Origin: Limnothrix sp. BL-A-16
GTDB lineage: Bacteria > Cyanobacteriota > Cyanobacteriia > CACIAM-69d
Direction: 5' to 3'
DNA: 64,000 nt
Assembly (NCBI GenBank): GCA_041937175.2
Contig: CP166615.1
Location: 608,001-672,000 of the forward strand
The notes under the pieces were generated by a model. That model did no database searches. It was not told the DNA's origin and was given only the letters and a program-made list of their open reading frames with translations. How positions within the stretch are numbered: the first letter of the stretch is position 1; every line of letters begins with the position of its first letter. Shown one piece after another: positions 49,601-60,354 of this stretch. The position numbers and the translations under genes were made by a program.

Positions 49601-51739
49601 CTAGCGGGACTGAATTCGGAAATTACTGAGCACCCCTTCCAAAACCGCATCCCGATGCCACAGGGAATCGCTGTCGATTGCCACCACGTAGGTCTTGCCC
49701 TGGCGCGTGTACAGGGCCACGATCGAGGCCAGAGATGGATTATCGATCGTGTATAGTTGCCAGCGCCGGTTCCGATAGCGCCGTTCTCCGAGCGATCGGG
49801 TGGGGTAAGGGAGCGATCGCAGCACTTCCGCCGTGGATTGCTGGGCCACCGACACCGCCAACACCCGCCCCGTGGCAAACCCGCTGCCATCCACCTCACT
49901 CCAAACCGGAGCCAATCCCTGCATACTCAAGCGCCAACCCGCTGGAATCACCATACTGATCCCGAGATTGTTGGCTGTGGCAGGTGTGAACCGCAGGGGC
50001 TTGGGTACTTCAAATTGCGTCCGCATTTGCGACACACAGGCCGCGTTGGGGGCGCGATCGGGCGATTGCAAAAACCCTCCCATAATTTGGCTCACGCAAT
50101 CGGAACTGCCAAACACTGCGTGGCTCAGACCCGGCAGCACGTAGCGATAGTGGCGATCCAAACCCCGAGCCACCCGTTCCGCAAACTCCGGCGGCGTAAC
50201 CTGATCCAATTCCCCAGACAACAGCAACGAGGGCACAGGGCTACGCACCGGTTGATTCGCCTTAGGAGCCAGGGCCGGCACTTGCCAGGTTTGGCAGGTG
50301 CGCAACAGTTCCTCAGGCGCTTGGAGCAGGGCCGGGGCGATTTCCGGATACACGCCGCTAGCATCTACCTCCGCCAAGGTAAACCCGCCATCTTCCGAAC
50401 ACATCACGGAGTTATAGACCCCATCGGCCTGGCTTTTGCTAAATAGCAGCAGCGGCAACACGCGCAAAATCCCCGCATAGCTGTTTTGGCGAGTTTCCCG
50501 CAAAGCCTGGGGCAACTTGGGAATGCTGGCGGAGGAATAAAACGCGGTGCTGACGGCGGAGATGAACCCATCCCCATCCAACAACACGGGAACTGCCAAC
50601 CGATTCGGATCCAAATTCTCGATCGAGAGGCGGCCTTCCAACAAATCTTGAAGTTCCCCATAGTTGGGCAACTGAATCACTTGGGGCCGAGCACGCAGCT
50701 TGGCCACGGCTCCCAAAAAGTCCTGCTCAAGGGTGGTGTAGGTGGAACCACAGAGGCGATCGCGCCGACAGGCCTCGAAAAACCGCCGCAGGGCCCGATC
50801 GGTGTTGCGCGGCAAATGCACAATGAAGCTGGTATCCAGGGGCGCAACGGAATCCAAGATCACCGATCGCAGGCGATCAGGAAAATCGCGCATCAGGTGC
50901 TGGGCCAACATTGTCCCGTAGGACACCCCATAGAAATTGAACGGGCCGCCATACCCCGCCGCTTGCACCACCAAGGGCACATCCGCTGCACTTTCTAGGC
51001 TGTTATAGGCCGCCAAATCCACGCCGGAACTTTTGAGCCGATCGCGACAGCCCGCCACCGCCGCTTGATAGCGATCGCGCAGGGCCGGTGAGTCGGGAAA
51101 CCGCGCATTTTGCACCTTGAAATCATAGATTTCTTGGCAAAACAAAAAGGGTTCTGAATAGCGCGTGCCCCGTTGATCAAACAAAATAATGTCCCGATCG
51201 CGCATTCCCGCCAACGAGGGCAAAAAGGCCGGCAGCAACTCCAACATCGATCCGCCCGGCCCCCCTTGGGCCATCACCAGCGGATCCGGTTGCGGGTTGG
51301 CGCTCTTGCTTTTTAAGATTGCCACCCCCAGACGAATGGTTTTCCCGGTGGGATTGCTGTGGCGCTCGGGCACGGTCACCATGCCGCAGCGCACCGTTTC
51401 CCGGGCAAATTCTGGCGGCAGGGTAAAGGGACAATTTTTCGGCTCGAAAGTTGGCGCGAAGCTGGAATTGGCGCTGGCGTTGGGAACGGAATTTGGGGTG
51501 GAATTGGGAGCGGAATCCAGATTTGGACTGACGAGATCTTCTGGCGCGATCGGGGGTGCAGCCGGAGCATTGGGTTGCGGCAGCGGCTCGATCGCCTGCA
51601 TCGTTTGACCCGCCTCTTGGGCCAAGGCCCGAGGAACCGAGGGCAAGGTTGTGAGGGCTGTGGCACAGGTGGCCAACACCATTCCCAACCGCCGATGCCA
51701 ATCGTGTGATCGCCGCGTTCTCGCCCCTGAAGTCGTCAT
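49601..51739 (-). CDS. Secreted alpha/beta hydrolase (TAP-like peptidase/esterase)
   Basis: Signal-like ALA-Q; GGPGGS, DQRGT, YGVSYGT, GELDQVTP, H near SHAVF. Confidence 0.9.
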   Translation of the reverse strand: MTTSGARTRRSHDWHRRLGMVLATCATALTTLPSVPRALAQEAGQTMQAIEPLPQPNAPAAPPIAPEDLVSPNLDSAPNSTPNSVPNASANSSFAPTFEPKNCPFTLPPEFARETVRCGMVTVPERHSNPTGKTIRLGVAILKSKSANPQPDPLVMAQGGPGGSMLELLPAFLPSLAGMRDRDIILFDQRGTRYSEPFLFCQEIYDFKVQNARFPDSPALRDRYQAAVAGCRDRLKSSGVDLAAYNSLESAADVPLVVQAAGYGGPFNFYGVSYGTMLAQHLMRDFPDRLRSVILDSVAPLDTSFIVHLPRNTDRALRRFFEACRRDRLCGSTYTTLEQDFLGAVAKLRARPQVIQLPNYGELQDLLEGRLSIENLDPNRLAVPVLLDGDGFISAVSTAFYSSASIPKLPQALRETRQNSYAGILRVLPLLLFSKSQADGVYNSVMCSEDGGFTLAEVDASGVYPEIAPALLQAPEELLRTCQTWQVPALAPKANQPVRSPVPSLLLSGELDQVTPPEFAERVARGLDRHYRYVLPGLSHAVFGSSDCVSQIMGGFLQSPDRAPNAACVSQMRTQFEVPKPLRFTPATANNLGISMVIPAGWRLSMQGLAPVWSEVDGSGFATGRVLAVSVAQQSTAEVLRSLPYPTRSLGERRYRNRRWQLYTIDNPSLASIVALYTRQGKTYVVAIDSDSLWHRDAVLEGVLSNFRIQSR

Positions 51740-51843
51740 GTTTTTGTATTGACTCCGCAACGTTGACCCCATGAATTCAGGCAACCGCGCTACTACTGTA
51801 GAAATTTGGTGTAGGGATTCTTCTGTTTGGGGGCGCGAATCCT

Positions 51844-51868
51844 GTAGGGGTGTACGGCCGTACACCCC
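51844..51868 (+). repeat. GTAG-type REP-like hairpin
   Basis: GTAG-GGGTGTAC-GGCC-GTACACCC, same family as 2479-2582. Confidence 0.75.
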
Positions 51869-51896
51869 GATCCAGAATTGCACTAACCCGTTGGAA

Positions 51897-53042
51897 TTAG
51901 CCGATCAAATGCTTGGCCGCTGCTGCCACCCCAGCACCGGAGGTCACCTCAGCCCCCAGCTCGATCAAAGTGGCTTCCAGAGCAGCGATCGCCGTCAGCA
52001 CATCGCGATCGCTCACAAAGCCCAAGTGACCAATGCGGAAGATCTTGCCCTTCAGCGCATCCTGACCACCGGCCAAGGCGATGTCGTACTTCTTGCGCAT
52101 CACCGATCGTACCTGTTCCGCATCCACCGACTGGGGCATCACCGCCGTAATCGCCGGACTAGCGCAATCGTCGGGTGCGTAGAGCGGCAAATTCAGGGCC
52201 GCCACCGCCGCCCGCGTCGCTGCCCGCAACCGAGCGTGACGCGCAAAGATGTTGTCTAGCCCTTCCTTCTTCATCAACCGCAAGGCCTCTTGCAGCGCGT
52301 AGAACAAATTCACGGGCGGCGTGAAGGGCGTGCTGTTTTTGGCCGCATCCTTACGATATTTGCCCAAATCCAAATAGTACTTAGGCAAAGTTGCGGTCTT
52401 GTAAGCTTCCCAAGCCTTGGGACTAACGGCCACAAAGCCCAAACCGGGCGGAATCATATAGCCCTTTTGGGAACCGGAAGCCACCACGTCCAAGCCCCAC
52501 TCATCGATCGGGACGCTGGTTGCACCCAAGCTGGTGACCGCATCCACCATCATCAGCGCACCGTGCGCCTTCACATGGCCGTTGATCGTTTGCAGGTCGT
52601 TGATCACCCCGGTGGAGGTTTCGCTGTGGGTGACAATCACCGCCTTGATGCTCTTGTCGGTGTCGGCACTCAGGCGATCGGCAAAGGCTTGGGGATCCAA
52701 GGGCTTGCCCCAATCCGCCGTAATGGTTTCTACGGTCAACCCATAGGCCTCGGCCACTTCGGCCCAGCGTTCGCCAAACTTACCGTTCGTGCCCACCAAC
52801 ACGCGATCGCCCGCGCTCAGGAAGTTGATGATGCCGGCTTCCATGGCCCCCGTGCCGCTCGAAGCCAAGATCAGCACATCATTTTGGGTTTGGTGCAGCC
52901 ATTTCAGGTTTTCGGTTACTTCGGCCATAATCTTGCCAAAGTCGCCGCTCCGGTGGCCGATCGGGTGTTTGGCTTGGGCCAGCAGCACGGGTTCCGGAAC
53001 CGGGGTGGGCCCCGGAATCATCAGCATCAATTTGTTATCCAT
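51897..53042 (-). CDS. Class V PLP aminotransferase (serine/alanine--glyoxylate type)
   Basis: LMIPGPTP, SGTGAME, HSETSTG, VDAVTS, SGSQKG..PPG, FRIGHLG. Confidence 0.95.
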   Translation of the reverse strand: MDNKLMLMIPGPTPVPEPVLLAQAKHPIGHRSGDFGKIMAEVTENLKWLHQTQNDVLILASSGTGAMEAGIINFLSAGDRVLVGTNGKFGERWAEVAEAYGLTVETITADWGKPLDPQAFADRLSADTDKSIKAVIVTHSETSTGVINDLQTINGHVKAHGALMMVDAVTSLGATSVPIDEWGLDVVASGSQKGYMIPPGLGFVAVSPKAWEAYKTATLPKYYLDLGKYRKDAAKNSTPFTPPVNLFYALQEALRLMKKEGLDNIFARHARLRAATRAAVAALNLPLYAPDDCASPAITAVMPQSVDAEQVRSVMRKKYDIALAGGQDALKGKIFRIGHLGFVSDRDVLTAIAALEATLIELGAEVTSGAGVAAAAKHLIG

Positions 53043-53641
53043 CAGCCGGATTGATTCGCTACAAAAAAGGGGTGGTTACTCAGTTGGCCGGGTTGCCAAT
53101 GGCCGGGTTGCCGACCGGTCGCGGCTCATCAGTCACGGTTCATAGCCGGGCGATCGGCTGGGGGCGAGATCGCCCGGTTGCCATTGCCTTGTCGCCTGTG
53201 TCATCGCCACGTCGTGAATAATTGGGATCCACGCGAGAGACCATTAGTGTAGAGCCGGAGTGGGAACTTGCGATCAAACAGCGCCAATAAGTCAGCTTTT
53301 GCTTACGGATTTGATCGATCGAGCATGGCATCATCCCATCCTTATCCCATCCTTCCCACCCACCGATCGCACGCAAACAACCATTGCCAATCGATTCGCA
53401 ACGACGCGATCGACCCTCCAAAAGCAATCCCAGGCAATCCCGATCAACCACTCCACTCAACCAACCCCACAACCTCCATAAAGAAAGGGCCCGGCAGCAC
53501 CAGACCCTCTCCCAAACGGATTTTAAAAAACTTTCCTTGCTTACCGCCCCAACGCCACTTCCGATCGCAACAGATCAGAACTGGCGAGTTGAAAACGATC
53601 ACAACTCAACTGTTGATTAGACCCAAGCGAGCCTTGGCCAA

Positions 53642-53755
53642 TTAGCCCTTGCTGTTTTCGCGGCTGGCGGTTTGGATGTAGAGAATCAACAAAAAGGCGG
53701 CAGGAATTGCCACAAACAGAATGCTGGCAATGAAGCCGAGATCATTAACTTGCAT
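53642..53755 (-). CDS. psbM: Photosystem II reaction centre protein M
   Basis: Hand-translated [37 protein letters not shown]; not in ORF track. Confidence 0.96.
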   Translation of the reverse strand: MQVNDLGFIASILFVAIPAAFLLILYIQTASRENSKG

Positions 53756-54300
53756 GGAATGATGCCTCTAGGTGTCTTTTGAAGTGTTGGTTGACCCCGC
53801 GCTAGGGCAGGGAGCTGAGACCCAAGCCGTCGAATTGATGGCTGGGGGCCCTCAGTGGATGGATGCTGTCCAGTCTACCAAAGGCTGCTCGCTCCATTGG
53901 CTGGAAGTGGCCGGATTGGCCCAGGGCGATCGGGCAGCGGTTTCCCAAGCGCATTCCTGCACGTTTTTTAGGATACACCGGGCTAATTTGCGGCAATTGA
54001 TGGCGCTTGATAGAGATTGATGGCGCTTTGCGGTGCTCGACCCGATCGCGGGATGATCACGAATCGGGGTCATTCCCGCAAGAACACGAAGCAAGTGCTG
54101 ATTGGGTGACTGCGAATCGACGGTCAATCAACAAGAAATTGCCGATCAATCAACGGCTGCGCGAGTACCGAATAATACCCCGCCAACCTCGCCCAACACG
54201 GAACCACCCATGATTCAGCCCGATCGCCTTGCTTCGGAGGCGATCGCGTGCTAGGACTAGGCGGGGTGGTTGCGGACAATCCGCCATTAACCAAGACTTA

Positions 54301-54481
54301 ACCCCTCCGGGTGCTCTCTTCATGCGGTGTTTGGGCATTTTAGCGGTAACATCCTGAAGGCTCTGACCCAAAGTCTCAACCCCCAGCCGATGGTTTTAAA
54401 GCTGTCAGCTTAGGGTTAGTTACTTCGTCAAAGTCTTTTGATTTCACAGCGTTTGTTCAGAAAAATCAACCACTCAAATTC
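54301..54481 (-). ncRNA. ssrS: Probable 6S RNA
   Basis: ~180 nt non-coding; minus strand has pairing arms (gcugug/caccgc, guaac/guuac), a GCUUUAAAAC element like the GCCUUAAAAC of 6S RNAs and a 3' gcacccggag closing strand; ends approximate. Confidence 0.6.
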
Positions 54482-55375
54482 GAGTGAAGTCTTCTAAACT
54501 AACACTGCCATTGTTGCTGATCATGATCAATGATGTCCAAACCCAAAATCTGAATTCTTTGAATCATTCTCCAATTAGCTTCCAAAGTCTTCTTCAAAAA
54601 TTCTCAAAGGATTTTCCCAGCGCCAAATGCCATCCTGATCAAGTCCTTCCGCAGGATTGATAACGCTTCCAAAAGCTTAAGGATCATAGACTTTCGCTTG
54701 CTTTGACTGCGTTGCAATTGCATTGATTTCAAAGAGCCAGGAATCTCAACGGGATCAAACAGCCCTCTGGAGGGACTTAGAGACATTGATGCAAAAATGC
54801 TGCTAAAAATGTCGCATTCAATCGGTTGATTGCCTGTTGCCAAGGATTTCAAGATAGGTTTGCATCGGTTTCAAGATAGGTGGGCTTGCGGTAGGCTGGC
54901 TTACCTCTAGGGCCACCCATGAACCATTCAAGGGTGATTCAATTCAAGAGCAATTAATGAATTGATTAATAGTCTGGCTAACGAGCTGGTCTAATTAATC
55001 TGTCTGATTACTCAATTCATTGATTTATGAGTCGTTATGAATTCATCCGGATCTCATACCCCATTCTGGATGAACTAACTATGGTCAGTCACCAGACTCA
55101 ACGATCGATTGCTGCTGAATTTTGCTGATTTTTAGGGTCACGAATTTCAGTTCTGTCATCGTTAAAAAAGTCACCCCCATTGCACCAGTTTTACGGAGAG
55201 GGGTAATCCTCCCTACTGCCCCTAGCACATTGCCGAATCACAAGCAAATTGCTAGAACCTTGGGGGATTTGGGTTTCTTGCAACCCAGACCATGCTGGGG
55301 GATCACATCGTGTATCAGGGTGCAGCCCACTAGCTTAACTATCCATTTCTGCTTAACTGCGCTCACTCACTGGTT

Positions 55376-55792
55376 TTGATGAACGCTTTCCAGCCCCAGC
55401 ATCGTCCTGATCCACCGGTACAACGCCGACCCAGGTTGCGCCCCAAGCAACTGCCGAAGTCTGCGTCCTATCGCTCGATCGCGCTGGAAAGCCTGTTCAA
55501 GCTGTCCGTTAACAGCTTGTTGGCGCTCATTGCGATCGTGGCGCTGGTGCAGTGGATTCCGCTCTATGCCACCCGTCGGGCAGAATTGCGACAACTGCAA
55601 GCGGAGGTGCGCCTGGTGGAAACCCGCGTGCAGACCTTGCGATCGGAAATGACCCAAAATTTTGACCCCGCGCGCAATCGAGCCACCGTTGAAGCGGAAA
55701 CGGGCCGTGTGCCCCTCAATCAGCGGCCGGTGCGATGGCAGCCCGATCGCCCCAGTCAGCCCGACTTTGAAGAAGGGGACGGCCTCCCTTAG
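55376..55792 (+). CDS. Conserved hypothetical protein, TM plus coiled coil (FtsL/DivIC-like architecture)
   Basis: KL.VN.LL..IA..AL..W.P then heptad-rich helix and FDP. Confidence 0.7.
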   Translation: MMNAFQPQHRPDPPVQRRPRLRPKQLPKSASYRSIALESLFKLSVNSLLALIAIVALVQWIPLYATRRAELRQLQAEVRLVETRVQTLRSEMTQNFDPARNRATVEAETGRVPLNQRPVRWQPDRPSQPDFEEGDGLP

Positions 55793-55910
55793 GCAATCCT
55801 GAAAATCGCCCCGCCGCCCGTTGCTTCCTGGGGCCGATTGGCCAGCCACCATGGGCCCTGCGGTAGCATTAGCCATGGTTCACAAATCGCAGTGATTTCC
55901 TTAGGTTCCT

Positions 55911-56366
55911 ATGGCTATTCAAGTGGGCGATCGCGCGCCGGATTTTTCCCTGCCAACTCAAACGGGTGAAACCATTACCCTGAGCCAGTTTTCGGGTAAA
56001 CAACCCGTCGTGCTCTACTTTTACCCCAAGGACGACACGCCCGGCTGCACGATCGAAGCCTGCGCTTTCCGCGATAGCTACGAAGCCTTTCAAGGGGCCG
56101 GTGCAGCAGTGATTGGCGTGAGCAGCGACTCCGTGGATTCCCACAAAACGTTCGCGGAAAAATATAGTCTGCCCTTCGCCCTCGTGAGCGATCGCGATGG
56201 GGCCCTGCGCAAGGCCTATGGTGTCCCGAACACGCTGTTTGTGGTTCCGGGCCGGGTTACCTACGTCATCGACAAAGCGGGCATTGTGCGCCACCAGTTC
56301 AACGATCTGTTGAATGCCAAGGGCCACGTGACCGAAGCGCTCAAAATTGTGCAAGGGTTGGGCTAG
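55911..56366 (+). CDS. bcp: Peroxiredoxin (BCP/PrxQ)
   Basis: VLYFYPKDDTPGCTIEAC.FRD. Confidence 0.95.
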   Translation: MAIQVGDRAPDFSLPTQTGETITLSQFSGKQPVVLYFYPKDDTPGCTIEACAFRDSYEAFQGAGAAVIGVSSDSVDSHKTFAEKYSLPFALVSDRDGALRKAYGVPNTLFVVPGRVTYVIDKAGIVRHQFNDLLNAKGHVTEALKIVQGLG

Positions 56367-56454
56367 CCCCCCGAAGGGTCACCCCCAGGATCATTTCCAT
56401 CCCAAACCGCTATCCTAGACAACCATCACTGGCGACACGACAAGCACATTCATC

Positions 56455-56937
56455 ATGGCAACCATCACCGATCTCTCAGTCAAAACCATTGACGGCGAAG
56501 ACCGTGCCCTCAGCAGCTATCAAGGGCAGGTGCTTTTGATTGTGAACGTGGCTTCCTATTGTGGCTACACGCCGCAATATCAAGGACTTCAGGCCTTGCA
56601 TGAAAAATATAGTGCCCAAGGTCTGCGGATTTTGGCCTTTCCTTGCAACGATTTTGGTTCCCAAGAACCCGGAACCAATGACCAAATTAAGACCTTCTGC
56701 TCAACGCGCTACAGCGTGACCTTTGAGCTGTTTGACAAGGTACATGCCAAGGGAGCCGAGCAACACCCGCTCTATGCCCGCCTGACCTCGGGATCCGAAC
56801 CAACTGGGGATGTGGCTTGGAACTTTGAAAAGTTTCTGATTGGTAAAAATGGCGAAATCCTGGGTCGTTTCCCCAGCCGCATTGCACCGGATTCGGCTGA
56901 ATTGATCGGCGCGATCGAGCAGGCCCTTTCTGCCTAA
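56455..56937 (+). CDS. Glutathione peroxidase family (Cys type)
   Basis: NVASYCG.T.QY, AFPCNDFG.QEPG, WNFEKFL. Confidence 0.96.
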   Translation: MATITDLSVKTIDGEDRALSSYQGQVLLIVNVASYCGYTPQYQGLQALHEKYSAQGLRILAFPCNDFGSQEPGTNDQIKTFCSTRYSVTFELFDKVHAKGAEQHPLYARLTSGSEPTGDVAWNFEKFLIGKNGEILGRFPSRIAPDSAELIGAIEQALSA

Positions 56938-56989
56938 ATTCGGTCTGGATTGAGCACGGCATTCAAGCCTAGTGATCGCTTGGTTCCTA

Positions 56990-57132
56990 GGGTCTATCGT
57001 CACTTCCTGGGATCCAGTGAAAACGGTTGATCTTCCATACCCGAACCACCCTAGACAAGGGGCTTCAGCCCCTTGCCCCCCACGATCCGCCAACGCTGGA
57101 ACCAGGGCTTCAGGCGTTTTGACGACACCCTC
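56990..57132. mobile_element. 143-bp miniature element, family A, inverted relative to 25972-26113
   Basis: gggtctatcgtca...tgacgacaccctc flanked by TA; colinear with reverse complement of 25972-26113. Confidence 0.85.
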
Positions 57133-57468
57133 TAATGACTCATCCCTGATCTGGCTTCTGGATTGCTACGGTTTGATTTTTGATGTGGATTGCAGTGAGG
57201 ATAGGAACTTTTTAGAGAGTCCCTATCCTTCTCTGTAACTCCTCGATCGCCCGTTGAGCTGCTCCTGATTTAGCCATTCTTTAGCCATTGATCGCCATCC
57301 CTCGGAACTAATTCAATCGCCACCAGCTTCTTCAGCATTCTCCAAAACCATCTCTAAGCGTTTGTTTGCACTTCTCCCGATCGCCTTCTGAGCATTCTAG
57401 CCAGCCCTACTCTGCTTGATGACTGTTTGCACTGGTCGTTGATGATTGGTCAATCCAAGGACAATCCT

Positions 57469-58128
57469 ATGGCTCCAAATTCTCGGAACTACGCCCTTAG
57501 TAAACCCGGGCTAGGGATCCTCTCGCTGGTTTTGGGTTTTGGTTTGGGAACGATGGGAGCATTGGCCGCAATACCCACCCCAGCCACGCCTAAATCCACC
57601 ACGTTTGATCAACAGGAAGTTGACCAATCACGCTTTATTGCCATTGCCCAACCCCTCGGCACGGATTCTTTCAAGCTGTTAGTTCTAGAACAAGTCTCTA
57701 ATCAGCGGCTTTGCTGGGCCGAAAGTGGCAGCTATCCCGTAGTGGTTGATCCATTGCTGGTTAACTTCAATTTCACGGGTATTTGTGGCCGCAGTATTGA
57801 TAGCAATGGCTTTTCAGTTCGAGTAGCCAAACGTGATTTAGGGTTGCAATATTCCCTACGTCTCAGCCGTCGATTTAATTCAGTGGTGTTGCAAGGCGTG
57901 CCTTTCGGTGCCAATGGTGGCCCGGTGATGGACATTGCCAGCACCCGAGGATTCACTTCTGGATTTTTGAAGCTGCAACTTTTTCCCGGATGGCGATTCA
58001 CCAAACGCTCCTATCAAGGCCGTCCATTGGGCCATGTTTACTTCACCAATGATTCCTTTGATTCGGCGGTGACTCCCAAGGAAAACTCGGAGCGATCGCC
58101 CAGAAAGCTCCAGCCAACTGCCAATTAA
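57469..58128 (+). CDS. DUF3747 domain protein
   Basis: FDQQEVDQ..FIAIA.P, LLVLEQ....RLCW.E, VDPLL..FNFTGICGR..DSNGFS.R. Confidence 0.88.
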   Translation: MAPNSRNYALSKPGLGILSLVLGFGLGTMGALAAIPTPATPKSTTFDQQEVDQSRFIAIAQPLGTDSFKLLVLEQVSNQRLCWAESGSYPVVVDPLLVNFNFTGICGRSIDSNGFSVRVAKRDLGLQYSLRLSRRFNSVVLQGVPFGANGGPVMDIASTRGFTSGFLKLQLFPGWRFTKRSYQGRPLGHVYFTNDSFDSAVTPKENSERSPRKLQPTAN

Positions 58129-58206
58129 ACTGAAGCACAGCTTAACCCTATTCATGGGCGATCGAGATTGACAGCGATCGCCTCAGTGGTGAGTGCAATG
58201 GTGCAA

Positions 58207-58587
58207 TTATGGTGCGATTTCGGGTTCTATTCCCGATTGGCCGATTCCCGGTGGCCCGATTTCTGATTCCGATTGGGTTGCCAACTCAGGCTCAAAAACC
58301 TGGGAAATTTGCGACCCAGACCAATCCGCAATCAGGGATTCTGCCTGATCGGGATTAGTGTAAATCAGTTCCAGCAAGGCCCCAGGATCTTGGCCGATCG
58401 CCCGGGCATAGAACCCCACTTCGGCCATAATTCGCCCTTCCGACTGCCGCAAATACATCGACAGGCAGTGATGTGCCTGATTGTTGCGGCTGCGCTGGGT
58501 TCGGAAAAAGGCCAACGCCGACAGCAACCGATCCTCATAAGGGGCCAAAGGACGCAGGGCGATCAGCTCGGGGGGTAAAGGCTCCAT
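58207..58587 (-). CDS. Conserved hypothetical protein
   Basis: ORF LAPYEDRLL.AL.FF....QAHHCLSMYLRQS. Confidence 0.75.
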   Translation of the reverse strand: MEPLPPELIALRPLAPYEDRLLSALAFFRTQRSRNNQAHHCLSMYLRQSEGRIMAEVGFYARAIGQDPGALLELIYTNPDQAESLIADWSGSQISQVFEPELATQSESEIGPPGIGQSGIEPEIAP

Positions 58588-58629
58588 GGCTCGGGGGGGT
58601 GAAGTGGAAAAGCAACCGCTCAAACGTCC

Positions 58630-58777
58630 CTAGTGGCATGACAGGCTTAATACATTGGGTCAAAGTTGCGAAGCCAGCCGTGGTAACAAGGGGCTTGAGC
58701 ATCTTGCTGCCTAACGATCAGGTGACGGTAACAGCCATGTAATTTAGCCCAACGAATTGAGGCAGCCACGCTACTAG
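58630..58777. mobile_element. Degenerate miniature element, family C, with central palindrome remnant
   Basis: Ends ctagtggcatgacaggc / ggcagccacgctactag; internal acaaggggcttgagcatcttg; its end overlaps the radical SAM stop codon. Confidence 0.6.
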
Positions 58778-60354
58778 GGCATTTTGATCAGCTCGCGGCT
58801 CGGGGTTTTTGGGGCGATCGGGGCTGAAAGAGCCGCCTCCAAAGAGCTGCGGCCCAACCGACGCTCCAAAATTCGCATCACTTCCCGGCCGAAGTCATTG
58901 CTGTTGCTGCGCCAGGCTTCCAGGCACACTTCCCCAAAAAACGACCCCAATGGCTCTGGGTTCCAGAGCAGTTTCCGCGCCGTCCAAGGCATCAGGCTCA
59001 TGGGGTCATACCCGGGTTTCAGAATTTCCTTCTTGAGGGCATATTCTTCCAAGTGAGTATGGGGTTGCAAGCCAATGAAGAAAATTGCTGGCTCCACCTT
59101 GTCAGCCCCAAAAATTTCCTCCAGGGCCCGATGATAGGCAATGGTTTGGCGAATGGTTTCATGGGTCTCATCAATCACATTGAAGGAGTAATTAACCGAA
59201 ACCACATCCTCAAAACCAGCCGCTTTTAGGTCACGACAATTTTGCAGAACCGTGCGCAAGTTATAGCCCATGCGCATTTTGCGAACCAGTTCTTGGGATC
59301 CGCTCGTAATCCCAATTTCAAAATAGTTCATGCCCGTTTTCACCATCAGATCACAGAGTTCTGGATCGAGGTTGTCGGCGCGGATATAGGCAGCCCAATG
59401 AATATCCGTCATGCCAGCCGCCAGGACTTTTCTGAGCAGTTCTTTGGCATCTTCAATGAAGCGCCGAGCCGGAATAAATTGGGCATCGGTGAACCAAAAG
59501 TTGCGAACACCCAATTGATAAAGCTGCTGCATTTCTGCAACCACTTCAACGGCTGGGTTAATCCGAACTTGCTTACCCTCAATGACGGTATAGACGCAAT
59601 AGCAGCAGTTATGGGGGCAACCGCGCTTGGTTTGCACGCCGATATAAAAGTCCCGATCGCGAAAATAGTAGCTAAAGGCCGGCCAGATCGTTTGAATGTA
59701 GGCGTAGTTACAGGCGGTTTTTTCCAAGGGCGCAGGTGGTTCATGCACCAGGCCTGCCCGGGGCTTCGTTTCCCCAGCAATGTAACAACGTTCTTGGTCT
59801 AAGGACTCGCCTCGCAGCAGTTTTTCCAGCAGGGTTTCCCCTTCCCCAACAGAGACGATCGTGCCCTTGGGAAGCGATCGCTGCAACTGTTCATAGAACA
59901 CACTGACGGCCCCACCGCCCACCACCGCCCGGGCGCTGGAATGGTAGCGTCGGGCCCGGCGTAATCCCCGCCGAATCAGGCCCTGATTGCGCCAGAGTTC
60001 CGCATAGTAAGCACTGGTGACCCGCAAACCACCCAAGGCTCCCCGAAGCTTGATCAGGGGGTTTTTGGCGTAATAAAACTCGAAGGCATTTTGCAGCGGA
60101 TTGCCACCGCGGCCGCCCACGGGTGCATAGATCTGAATATCGCGCCAGGAAAAAACCAGCAGGGTGGGCCGGAAGGCATCGATTTCCGCATCAAGGGCCG
60201 CTTTGAAGTCCAAGGGCGGCACGGTTCCCAGGTCAAAGAGCCGCTGCTCGATCGCGGGGAACTGCTTGTGTACGTGGTCAGCGAGATAAACCACCCCGAT
60301 CGGGAAGATGGGGTTACAGGGCAGTCGGACGTACAAAATGCGATCGGCCATCAT
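58774..60354 (-). CDS. Radical SAM protein (cyanobacterial PSII high-light-acclimation type)
   Basis: RILYVRLPCNPIFPIG; KRGCPHNCCYCVY CxxxCxxC motif. Confidence 0.9.
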   Translation of the reverse strand: MMADRILYVRLPCNPIFPIGVVYLADHVHKQFPAIEQRLFDLGTVPPLDFKAALDAEIDAFRPTLLVFSWRDIQIYAPVGGRGGNPLQNAFEFYYAKNPLIKLRGALGGLRVTSAYYAELWRNQGLIRRGLRRARRYHSSARAVVGGGAVSVFYEQLQRSLPKGTIVSVGEGETLLEKLLRGESLDQERCYIAGETKPRAGLVHEPPAPLEKTACNYAYIQTIWPAFSYYFRDRDFYIGVQTKRGCPHNCCYCVYTVIEGKQVRINPAVEVVAEMQQLYQLGVRNFWFTDAQFIPARRFIEDAKELLRKVLAAGMTDIHWAAYIRADNLDPELCDLMVKTGMNYFEIGITSGSQELVRKMRMGYNLRTVLQNCRDLKAAGFEDVVSVNYSFNVIDETHETIRQTIAYHRALEEIFGADKVEPAIFFIGLQPHTHLEEYALKKEILKPGYDPMSLMPWTARKLLWNPEPLGSFFGEVCLEAWRSNSNDFGREVMRILERRLGRSSLEAALSAPIAPKTPSRELIKMP

